Virus record (IMG/VR): IMGVR_UViG_3300036881_000024
Span: 1-61,419 of that record
DNA from: a virus
Taxonomy: Duplodnaviria; Caudoviricetes
Direction: 5' to 3' (one strand)
Length of the DNA: 61,419 nucleotides
The translations under genes and the position numbers were made by a program. Within the stretch, counting starts at the first letter, position 1, and each line of letters begins with the position of its first letter. A model generated the notes under the pieces. That model had not been told where the DNA came from, searched no databases, and saw only the letters and a program-made list of their open reading frames with translations. Positions 46,335 to 53,589 of this stretch are shown here, in pieces.

Positions 46335-47168
46335 GTGAAGAACGTGGAGTGTAGAACGCAGCTGGAATTAGATACCGCCTTGAAAGACCCAAATGTGTCG
46401 CCGATCCTGGTCGGGAATGGGACATTCACGGCCTGCGACTCCTCGCAGGTGAGGGCCTACGGCTCCTCGCAGGTGACGGCCTACGACTCCTCGCAGGTGA
46501 GGGCCTACGGCTCCTCGCAGGTGACGGCCTACGGCTCCTCGCAGGTGACGGCCTACGACTCCTCGCAGGTGAGGGCCTACGGCTCCTCGCAGGTGACGGC
46601 CTACGACTCCTCGCAGGTGAGGGCCTACGACTCCTCGCAGGTGACGGCCTACGGCTCCTCGCAGGTGACGGCCTACGACTCCTCGCAGGTGAGGGCCTAC
46701 GGCTCCTCGCAGGTGACGGCCTCAAAACATGTAGCGGTCACGAAGCATGGGAAAGGCACAAGGGTGTCAGGTGGGGTTCAGATCGACTATCTCCCGCCGC
46801 AGACTCTTGCCGAATGGCTGGAAGAATACGGCGTGCAAGTGAAAGATGGGATCGCCATTGTTTACAAAGCGGTGGACAGCGACTTCAAGAGCCCACATGG
46901 CGGCGATTATTCCCCAGGAACTCTGACGGAATGTGATCACTGGAATACGACCGTTGAGTGTGGCGGCGGGCTGCATGCATGCGGGACGCCTCGTCACGCG
47001 CTTAGATTCTATGTAGACGCGAAGCGGTTCGTTGCGCTTCCAGTAGCAGTCAATTCAATCGCACATTGGCCCAACGGAGATTACCCAACAAAGGTCAAAG
47101 TGCCGCGAGTCGTCGCGCCCGGATGCTACGAAGTGGATATAAACGGAAAACCGATAGTCGCATCGTAA
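46335..47168 (+). CDS. Octapeptide-repeat (beta-solenoid) phage protein
   Basis: 12 x A(Y/C)(D/G)SSQV(T/R), then YKAVD...ECGGGLHAC...KVKV. Confidence 0.8.
   Translation: MKNVECRTQLELDTALKDPNVSPILVGNGTFTACDSSQVRAYGSSQVTAYDSSQVRAYGSSQVTAYGSSQVTAYDSSQVRAYGSSQVTAYDSSQVRAYDSSQVTAYGSSQVTAYDSSQVRAYGSSQVTASKHVAVTKHGKGTRVSGGVQIDYLPPQTLAEWLEEYGVQVKDGIAIVYKAVDSDFKSPHGGDYSPGTLTECDHWNTTVECGGGLHACGTPRHALRFYVDAKRFVALPVAVNSIAHWPNGDYPTKVKVPRVVAPGCYEVDINGKPIVAS
46430..46722 (+). repeat. 24-bp coding tandem repeat, 12 copies
   Basis: GGCCTACGRCTCCTCGCAGGTGAS units with no spacers. Confidence 0.95.
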
Positions 47169-47411
47169 GGAGCGGCCTGATTGCGCGATCACAGAATGAA
47201 AGGACGGTGGCCCGTTGAGTGAGATAGATTACTCTTGCCGTATTTGTGGGAAAGAATGCGATTCCGCTCCCAGTCTTCCTGAGCGCGTAATTTGCGAAGA
47301 TTGTTGCGAGGATCACGACTATTGTTATGAGCGGGAACTACGCGGGCACTTCTGCAAGAACTGCGGGAAGTCCGCTCCGTCAGATTGGTTCTCTTAGGAA
47401 GGACGTCCGCA

Positions 47412-47786
47412 ATGACCAACGAGGAGTACGTGCGTGAGCGCGTCTTGAGTTTAAGCGCTAGGCCCGGTGAAGATGGTGGATACAACGTTCTGCTTCATGA
47501 CGTTGTAAATCCGTCTGGAGCGAAATATGCGGCAAATGGGGTTGCAGCTCCATCTGCTTTTTTGGCTTGGTTCAGATATGCTTCTAAATCCGAAGCCTGG
47601 CTCGCCGCCCGCCAGTTCACGGAAGCCCGCGAGAAGGAAATCGAAAAGCGCGTGGAAGATATTGGCTGGCTGAAGATCATGGGCCTTGATCGCGTTGCTT
47701 GGGATCAGCATGGCCAAGCAATTCTTACCCGCGAGCAGGCCGCGCTGGATGAGCTTCGCAGGGGGATGAAAGGACGCCCGCAATGA
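47412..47786 (+). CDS. Hypothetical protein
   Basis: Flanked by AAGGACGYCCGCAATGACC direct repeats. Confidence 0.65.
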   Translation: MTNEEYVRERVLSLSARPGEDGGYNVLLHDVVNPSGAKYAANGVAAPSAFLAWFRYASKSEAWLAARQFTEAREKEIEKRVEDIGWLKIMGLDRVAWDQHGQAILTREQAALDELRRGMKGRPQ

Positions 47787-47959
47787 CCGATGCGCACGAC
47801 CCCCGCGGGAGCGATCCGCCGGACTCGAAGGCGCTCTCGGATGATCCGCCCCAGGTCAGCGCGGGCTTGCGGCGGCTGGTCTGGTACGCGATAGCGATTG
47901 AGCTTGCAGCCGCGCTCGCGGCCTGGGGCGCGTGGTGGATTTGGAGGATATGGAGATGA
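47783..47959 (+). CDS. Small membrane protein (58 aa)
   Basis: Hand-translated; C-terminal TM segment LVWYAIAIELAAALAAWGAWWIW; ATGA overlaps at both ends. Confidence 0.6.
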   Translation: MTDAHDPRGSDPPDSKALSDDPPQVSAGLRRLVWYAIAIELAAALAAWGAWWIWRIWR

Positions 47960-48189
47960 GCGTCATTGGCGATAAGTTTTCGCTGGAATTGGCGGTGTTC
48001 GAGCGATACCGCCGGGAGTGGTATCGTTTCCACCCCGGCGAATTTGTCGTTATCCAAGGTGAAGAAATCGCGGACGGGTTCTTTAAGACCTATGCCGAAG
48101 CCTTGAAGGCAGGTCTGCAGAGGTTTGGTGCCGAGCGCGAGTTCCTTGTTAAGCAGATTTGGGTCACGGAGCCGGTGTACTTGGTATGA
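47956..48189 (+). CDS. DUF5678-like small protein
   Basis: HPGEFVVIQGEEI..FF.TYAEALKAG..RFG...FLVKQI. Confidence 0.55.
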   Translation: MSVIGDKFSLELAVFERYRREWYRFHPGEFVVIQGEEIADGFFKTYAEALKAGLQRFGAEREFLVKQIWVTEPVYLV

Positions 48190-48203
48190 GAGAGGATTTG
48201 GAG

Positions 48204-48383
48204 ATGAGCGAGACAACGTTACTGCCGTGCCCGTTCTGTGAAGGCGAGGCGCGCGTTGAGCCTGACGCGCTGTACAACGTGCTCCGCGAAAAGCCGCGCA
48301 AGCGCATGGACCCGGCGACAAAGATCAGCCTTTGGATCACAGGCGTAATCGCGGTGATCCTCATGTACTGGATTTTCAGCTAA
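48204..48383 (+). CDS. Lar-like zinc-finger start fused to a TM tail
   Basis: LLPCPFCEGEA; second Cys pair absent. Confidence 0.45.
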   Translation: MSETTLLPCPFCEGEARVEPDALYNVLREKPRKRMDPATKISLWITGVIAVILMYWIFS

Positions 48384-48519
48384 TTACCCGTACAGGAGAG
48401 GGGGTGAGCAAATTGACCACATTCAGGCGAAAAGGGTATTTATCGGCAATTGCGTTAGCTTGGACGATTCTCGTCCCGGTTCTCCGCACACAGGATACTA
48501 TTCCTGCCCGCCAGATTGA

Positions 48520-48573
48520 CGGCGCTGCATAGGGCCCCGTATTGCAGGCCGCACCACACACGGGGCGCAAATA
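48520..48573 (+). ncRNA. Candidate pseudoknot RNA motif, copy 1
   Basis: Stem CGGC(G)CTGCA/TGCAGGCCG; loop GCCCCGT is complementary to downstream ACGGGGC. Confidence 0.55.
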
Positions 48574-48679
48574 AAGCGCAGCAGCGCAGGAGAGGGGGTG
48601 ATACTTCGATGAGCCGATGCAATTGTACCGAGCCTTGGACTGGATTCCAGAGACAGCCGTGTCCCGTGCATGGTTCGTA

Positions 48680-48733
48680 GCCGCGCCTCGTAGGTCCCGT
48701 ATCGAGGCGCGGCCCACACACGGGGCGCAAATA
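48680..48733 (+). ncRNA. Candidate pseudoknot RNA motif, copy 2
   Basis: Stem GCCGCGCCTCG/CGAGGCGCGGC; loop GTCCCGT pairs with ACGGGGC; identical 3' 20-mer. Confidence 0.55.
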
Positions 48734-48767
48734 GCCCGCAATCCACCGGGGCGGCCGCGAGGATTAC

Positions 48768-49262
48768 ATGACGCACGACGATTTGCGGATGAAGGCCATT
48801 TCGATTCTCAGGCGCAGCAACGCCGTTGCTCGAAAAGGGGGATGGAAACATCAACTCGGCTTTTCCTGCGGAGTGATTCTGTCTGAGATTTCATCTGCCG
48901 CCAACGATAACCCGGACGCGATTGGCTGGAGCTACGGGCGCTCCGTAATGATCGAATGCAAGATGAGCCGAGCAGACTTCTTTGCCGACTCCAAAAAGCC
49001 TCAACGTTTGACGGGCACCGGAGCCGGTGAGCGCCGGTACTTTATGACCCCAAAGGGGCTGCTGAAACCCGCTGAATTACCTGAGAACTGGGGACTGATA
49101 GAGTGGGACGGGAATGAGACCATCGAAGCAGTTGGAGCACCGAAAAGACAACTTGATTTACTGGGGCATGTCGCCGAAAAAAAGATGCTGCTTTCAACCG
49201 TCCGGCGGATCAGGATGCGGGAATTTCTGATTATTCAAGACGAATGCGTGCCAGCGCACTGA
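48768..49262 (+). CDS. PD-(D/E)XK nuclease (MmcB-like)
   Basis: PDAIGW...MIECKMSRADFFAD..K...ELPENWGLI. Confidence 0.7.
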   Translation: MTHDDLRMKAISILRRSNAVARKGGWKHQLGFSCGVILSEISSAANDNPDAIGWSYGRSVMIECKMSRADFFADSKKPQRLTGTGAGERRYFMTPKGLLKPAELPENWGLIEWDGNETIEAVGAPKRQLDLLGHVAEKKMLLSTVRRIRMREFLIIQDECVPAH

Positions 49263-49288
49263 GGCGGCGCGCGAGAGGAGGCGGAAGG

Positions 49289-49765
49289 GTGAATTGGCAA
49301 GCGCAATCCGAACGCTGGCAGACTCCGCCGCAGATCTTTGACCCGCTCATGCGCGAGTTTAGCTTTGATTTGGATGCCGCTGCAGATCCGCAAACGGCCC
49401 GCGTGCCGCGGTTTCTTTCGAATGCCCTCGATAGTGAAGAGTGGCCGGGAGAGCGGATTTGGATGAACCCGCCTTATGGTAGAAAGCTAGAATCCTTCGT
49501 ACGTAGAGCTGCGTGGGAGCATCAACGGTATCCCAACAAGACCATTGTCGCTTTAATTCCGTTCCGCTGCCGCGCTTCGTGGTGGCATGAGTGCGTAATC
49601 GGCAAGGCGCAAGAAGTCCGCTGCGTGAGAAAGCGCATCCGATTTGTTCGCCTTGACGGGGCTCCAGGACGGTTCACTGGCTCCTGCGACTCCTGCTTAG
49701 TGATCTGGCAGGGAAAGGCGAAGAGGACTGTGCTGGTTTCTTGGAATCCCGCCAAGGTCTACTAG
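49289..49765 (+). CDS. Phage N6-adenine DNA methyltransferase (Dam family)
   Basis: WQTPPQIF...FDLDAAA...WMNPPYG. Confidence 0.9.
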   Translation: MNWQAQSERWQTPPQIFDPLMREFSFDLDAAADPQTARVPRFLSNALDSEEWPGERIWMNPPYGRKLESFVRRAAWEHQRYPNKTIVALIPFRCRASWWHECVIGKAQEVRCVRKRIRFVRLDGAPGRFTGSCDSCLVIWQGKAKRTVLVSWNPAKVY

Positions 49766-49914
49766 CGCCCCTGCTCCCTTTTCCACTGCTGCCACGCGGC
49801 CTCGCTAGGCGCCGGAGGGCGCGGAGGTGGCTTCGGCGCAGGCTTGGGAATGTGTATCTTTTTGAGCACAATCCAGTTTAGCACGGGTGGTAGGATATGG
49901 GGAGAGGTGACCTC

Positions 49915-50124
49915 ATGCTTGGACTGCTCGTTACGATTCTGGTTATGTGCATTATTTTTGGGCTGATCTGGTGGATCATCAGCGTGATCCCACTCCCCCC
50001 GCCGTTCGCTAGGATCGCCCAGGTGGTATGCGTTGTCCTATTTTGCCTGTGGCTTATCTATTTGATTCTGCCGCTTGCAGGCGGCGGATTCGGGCATCCG
50101 CTCCCAGGTCCATACCCGCGCTAA
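49915..50124 (+). CDS. Small two-TM membrane protein (moron)
   Basis: LIWWIISVIPLPPPF hairpin between two TM helices; RBS GAGGTG. Confidence 0.7.
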   Translation: MLGLLVTILVMCIIFGLIWWIISVIPLPPPFARIAQVVCVVLFCLWLIYLILPLAGGGFGHPLPGPYPR

Positions 50125-50216
50125 CGCACCAAAGGCCGCTCGCGCGGCCCTCGGTGTCCTACTGCGGCAATAGACGGATTACCCCCGACTATCGCGCCTA
50201 GCCTGCGCGCGATCCC

Positions 50217-50762
50217 TTATCCCGCGATCCTCAATTGCGGCAAGCCTATGCCAATCGCGGTGTCGTTGTACTGCTGCTTGAACGATCCGGCGGGCGTCTG
50301 CAGAAAGTGCGAAGCCTTGAGCGCCACACGGCCCTTATGCGGGTTGTTCTGAATCGTGGCGCGCTCCCTGGTGAACTTCATGCTCTGCGGCGCGAAGTAG
50401 TTAATCACCGCCTCGATGCCGGATATAATCAGGTCAATCAGCGGAGAGTAGAGCGCGGTGAACGGGATCACAGCGACCACTGCCTCAATCGTGTTCAGCG
50501 CGTCGATCACGATGGCTGCGGCCCCGCCTGTCTTCCACGATGCCTCGGCCTGTTCGAGCGCGGACAGCGCATTTGAGAGTTCCACCGCCCACGGCTGCGA
50601 ACCGCCAATATATTTCAGGAGCCCCTGCAAAGCGTCGATGATAACGCTCAAGGTGCCGCTCACCGAGAACGAGCAGCCTTCCATGAGCATTGTGGATGGT
50701 GTCAAGACCGCGACTGCGGCGCCTGTGCCCGAGAGTCTGAGAAATGTTCTGCGATCAATCAT
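50217..50762 (-). CDS. Tat-signal putative lipoprotein
   Basis: MIDRRTFLRL twin-arginine motif, then a lipobox-like MEG-C. Confidence 0.65.
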   Translation of the reverse strand: MIDRRTFLRLSGTGAAVAVLTPSTMLMEGCSFSVSGTLSVIIDALQGLLKYIGGSQPWAVELSNALSALEQAEASWKTGGAAAIVIDALNTIEAVVAVIPFTALYSPLIDLIISGIEAVINYFAPQSMKFTRERATIQNNPHKGRVALKASHFLQTPAGSFKQQYNDTAIGIGLPQLRIAG

Positions 50763-50772
50763 GTGATTCTCC

Positions 50773-51570
50773 TTAGTTGCTCGGTGGTATGTTGGCCTTT
50801 GCCGCTTTCATCGCGGCTATAAGGCTGTCAAGGTTGAGGTTCGTGGGCGACTTCTGTTGTTGATTGAGCCAGTCTGGACCCACGACAATGTACCCCTCGT
50901 CGATGTAGCCGCCCATAAAGCCAGCGGACGCCGGAATGAATAACCCCCAAGAGCGCATCTTGCCGCCGAGTGATCCTTCTCCAGCTTGAACGATGCAGTG
51001 TCCGCCCGCGATGGGAAGTCCCGGCGCGAAGTTCCAGTTCGTCGTGTTATCCTCGCACTTCTGAGGACACTGGATTCCAAGATAGTTCCCGCCGAACGTG
51101 TACCCGGCCCAACGAAGGAGCGCAAAGCTGGAGATGTCGAGCGAGGCCCACCCGACGATCTGGCTCAGTCGTGTCTTGCCAGATCGTGTCGTTACTTCAA
51201 AGCCTGTAGTCTGCCAGGAATTGAGCAAGTCAGTGAGGACCGTTCCCTGATCCGTGGACGGATCATTTGGATCGAATCCAGTCAGTGCCGTGTAAAGAGC
51301 AAGCACCTGATCCGTGGTAGGGACAATAGGATCGCTCGCATTTGCGTTGTTGCTTTGAATCTGTGCTAGGCCGTAGGCTCCAGCCGGAGCACAGCAGCCG
51401 TACAAATCGTTGCCCAGCACGCTCATCTCGTCTTGTGAAACTGCGAATTCCCACCCCTGCGGCGGAACCCGAGGCCATGTGACAGTGGCTCCCATGTGAT
51501 CGGTGAGCGCGACGTGCCACGGCTTGTGAACCGGTGGCAGTTTCCCGCCCTTGAATCGCTTAAACGGCAT
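50773..51570 (-). CDS. Papain-like (C1-type) cysteine peptidase
   Basis: GNDLYGCCAPAG, TDQGT, GGHCI, RSWG. Confidence 0.65.
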   Translation of the reverse strand: MPFKRFKGGKLPPVHKPWHVALTDHMGATVTWPRVPPQGWEFAVSQDEMSVLGNDLYGCCAPAGAYGLAQIQSNNANASDPIVPTTDQVLALYTALTGFDPNDPSTDQGTVLTDLLNSWQTTGFEVTTRSGKTRLSQIVGWASLDISSFALLRWAGYTFGGNYLGIQCPQKCEDNTTNWNFAPGLPIAGGHCIVQAGEGSLGGKMRSWGLFIPASAGFMGGYIDEGYIVVGPDWLNQQQKSPTNLNLDSLIAAMKAAKANIPPSN

Positions 51571-51799
51571 CGTAATTCTCCTCGAATTCTTGCTTCTTTA
51601 TCACGTGAAAGCCACGATCCGCGCCCCTCACCATGTAGTCTCCGGGATCGCAGCGCATCATGCCTTCGAGCGTCTGGATGCTGATAAAGCCGCCGTTATT
51701 CATCAAGCCGTGGCCGGTGAACTCGTCCATCTCCGGCCAGTTCTCTCCGGTCCACCGGACGGCATGGACGATAGTCGGCTTGTGGCGGAATTGTGTCAT
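51560..51799 (-). CDS. Small conserved phage protein (PGDY motif)
   Basis: KPTIVHAVRWTGEN...IQTLEG...PGDYMVRG. Confidence 0.75.
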   Translation of the reverse strand: MTQFRHKPTIVHAVRWTGENWPEMDEFTGHGLMNNGGFISIQTLEGMMRCDPGDYMVRGADRGFHVIKKQEFEENYDAV

Positions 51800-51803
51800 G
51801 TGC

Positions 51804-52040
51804 TCACTTCGCGGGCGTGGCCGCGCCGACCTCGGTGAAGTGAACGTAGAAAAACTTGCCCAGCTCAAAAAACTTCACCGCTTCCGGGTTGTCAACGTAA
51901 ATTTGGATGGTGCCGTCGGGCACCATCAAACGCTCACCATCCTTGACCGTGGTGTCTCGTTGAGGGAAAAGTGTCACCTCGATCGCGCCCCCATAGATGG
52001 TTCTCGCGACCTTTTGAACCTGAAACATCGCCTTTAGCAT
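51804..52040 (-). CDS. Hypothetical protein
   Basis: PDGTIQIYVDNPEAVKFFELGKFFYVHFT. Confidence 0.7.
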   Translation of the reverse strand: MLKAMFQVQKVARTIYGGAIEVTLFPQRDTTVKDGERLMVPDGTIQIYVDNPEAVKFFELGKFFYVHFTEVGAATPAK

Positions 52041-52087
52041 AATTCTCCCTTCCTTCAACTTCCTTTCAGTGTCGCCGCGCTGACTTG

Positions 52088-52438
52088 CTATTTTACTTCA
52101 CCGTCGGTTATGAATCCATGCCAGCCCTCACAGGCTGGTTTCGCGGGATCAATTAGGATCGATGGGGTCGTAGTCAGGTCAGAATATCCTGATCCAGCAA
52201 CACTCCAGCGACTCGGATTCCCCTCGCGGTTGTGGCTTCCCTGATGATCGAGCACTCCTTTATTAGCGAAACTCACTTCGATATAGTGAGTACCGATGGG
52301 TCCATTGTGCGCAGCGAAACAGACTGGACAGAGAAACTGAATGCCTTGCGCCTCGGCCAGAGAATCGACTTGTCGCAAATACTGATGATCGCTAGTCTCA
52401 TAGCGCATAAATTGCGGCTCTAGTTCGCTCAGTCGCAT
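52088..52438 (-). CDS. DUF6527-like zinc-binding protein
   Basis: FLCPVC...LTTTPSI...CEGWHGFITDGE. Confidence 0.65.
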   Translation of the reverse strand: MRLSELEPQFMRYETSDHQYLRQVDSLAEAQGIQFLCPVCFAAHNGPIGTHYIEVSFANKGVLDHQGSHNREGNPSRWSVAGSGYSDLTTTPSILIDPAKPACEGWHGFITDGEVK

Positions 52439-52776
52439 CACTTCCCCGGTGTCGCCGCCTTGACCTCGGTTGCGGTGGGCGGGTTGTCGCCTGCTTCGAT
52501 TGCCTTGGCTTGCGCTACGGTTCCTGCAGCGGATGACGAGTGCGAGAAATTTCGCCACAGGGCCACGGCGGCTGCAATGTTGGTCATCAGTTCGCCCAGG
52601 CGCGTCACCACCACAGGATAGCCGGTAAACAGCGTGCCGATGTAGTTTCGCAGTTCCGGCGAACTGTCGTACAGACAGGCAAAGGTGATGATGGCTACGC
52701 CGATGCTATGTGTGGTGACATTCTTCCCGCGAAGCCACGGGCCGATGCTGCGGAGCCAGGTCAAGATTGCGTTCAT
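52438..52776 (-). CDS. Holin-like membrane protein
   Basis: Two hydrophobic segments; lysis-region position. Confidence 0.45.
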   Translation of the reverse strand: MNAILTWLRSIGPWLRGKNVTTHSIGVAIITFACLYDSSPELRNYIGTLFTGYPVVVTRLGELMTNIAAAVALWRNFSHSSSAAGTVAQAKAIEAGDNPPTATEVKAATPGK

Positions 52777-52791
52777 GTTGTGCCTTCCATG

Positions 52792-53058
52792 TTACTCCCG
52801 CCTTCCCGATTCCTGTCCAGCAGCGTAAATTTCCTTCCACTGATTCAGCCGGGCAAGTTCCCGGTCAGCGTCGTTCATGCGCTTTTCGTGGATATCGAGT
52901 TCCGTGCGATGTACATTGACGCGCGTGGTAAGGTTACTGACACGCTCAGTGAGCTTGCCCCACATGATGCCGCCGATGCCAACAGTCCCTACCAGCGTCA
53001 CCACGGAAGCAAGCGCGCTAACCGCTCCCCAGTTGAAAAGTTCGCTCACCTGTGCCAT
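52792..53058 (-). CDS. Holin/antiholin-like protein (TM plus coiled coil)
   Basis: N-terminal TM followed by heptads; located after the fibre genes. Confidence 0.5.
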   Translation of the reverse strand: MAQVSELFNWGAVSALASVVTLVGTVGIGGIMWGKLTERVSNLTTRVNVHRTELDIHEKRMNDADRELARLNQWKEIYAAGQESGRRE

Positions 53059-53094
53059 CTGTTCACTCCGAGCCCTTCTTTCCGGTCCCCCGGT

Positions 53095-53580
53095 TTACAT
53101 CCCTTTGAGCTTCACGTCCAGTTTCCCTATCGCGGCCAGCGTCGGCTTCGGCTCCTCAGCCTCGCTCGTGGTTACCGGACCTACGGCCGGGATCGCAGGT
53201 GCCGTAGCTGCGACTGCGAGAGCACGGCTCACAATCCATTTGACTCCTGTGCAGGTCGTTCCTGTGCCGGCAGTGCAAGTCCACGAGATCCCATTCTTGC
53301 CCGTAGGGCCGCCCGCGGATGGTCCAACGGTGTTGCTCCATGCGCCATAGCCGGGGCCGGACAGCCAGCCGGTGACAACGTAACAGGATTGGCCCGAGGG
53401 CGTATCGGTGTAAGTCATAGCCGTTGTGGGCGGATTCGCTGAGCCTACGTCATTGAGCGCCGTGTAGGCATTGTTGCCCGCGGTCGGACAGGTGTAGACA
53501 GGGGGTGTTGGGTTCGGCTGCCCGTGACAGCCACAGGTGACGACCAGGAGTGCGATTAAAGCGAATGGTGCGCGTTTCAT
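53095..53580 (-). CDS. Secreted/lipoprotein, permuted FN3-like domain
   Basis: Signal MKRAPFALIALLVVTCGC; TYTDTP, SCYVVTG, WSNTV, ISWT, WIVSR. Confidence 0.6.
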   Translation of the reverse strand: MKRAPFALIALLVVTCGCHGQPNPTPPVYTCPTAGNNAYTALNDVGSANPPTTAMTYTDTPSGQSCYVVTGWLSGPGYGAWSNTVGPSAGGPTGKNGISWTCTAGTGTTCTGVKWIVSRALAVAATAPAIPAVGPVTTSEAEEPKPTLAAIGKLDVKLKGM

Positions 53581-53589
53581 AGGATCTCC

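Noticed and set aside
46430-46722. Possible CRISPR array
   Set aside because: The units are contiguous 24-mers with no unique spacers, are in frame within a protein, and have no cas operon nearby.
48520-48733. Assigning the pseudoknot motif to a known riboswitch or ribozyme (guanidine-III, HDV-like, twister)
   Set aside because: The resemblance is only superficial and the conserved core nucleotides as I recall them could not be matched, so it is left unassigned.
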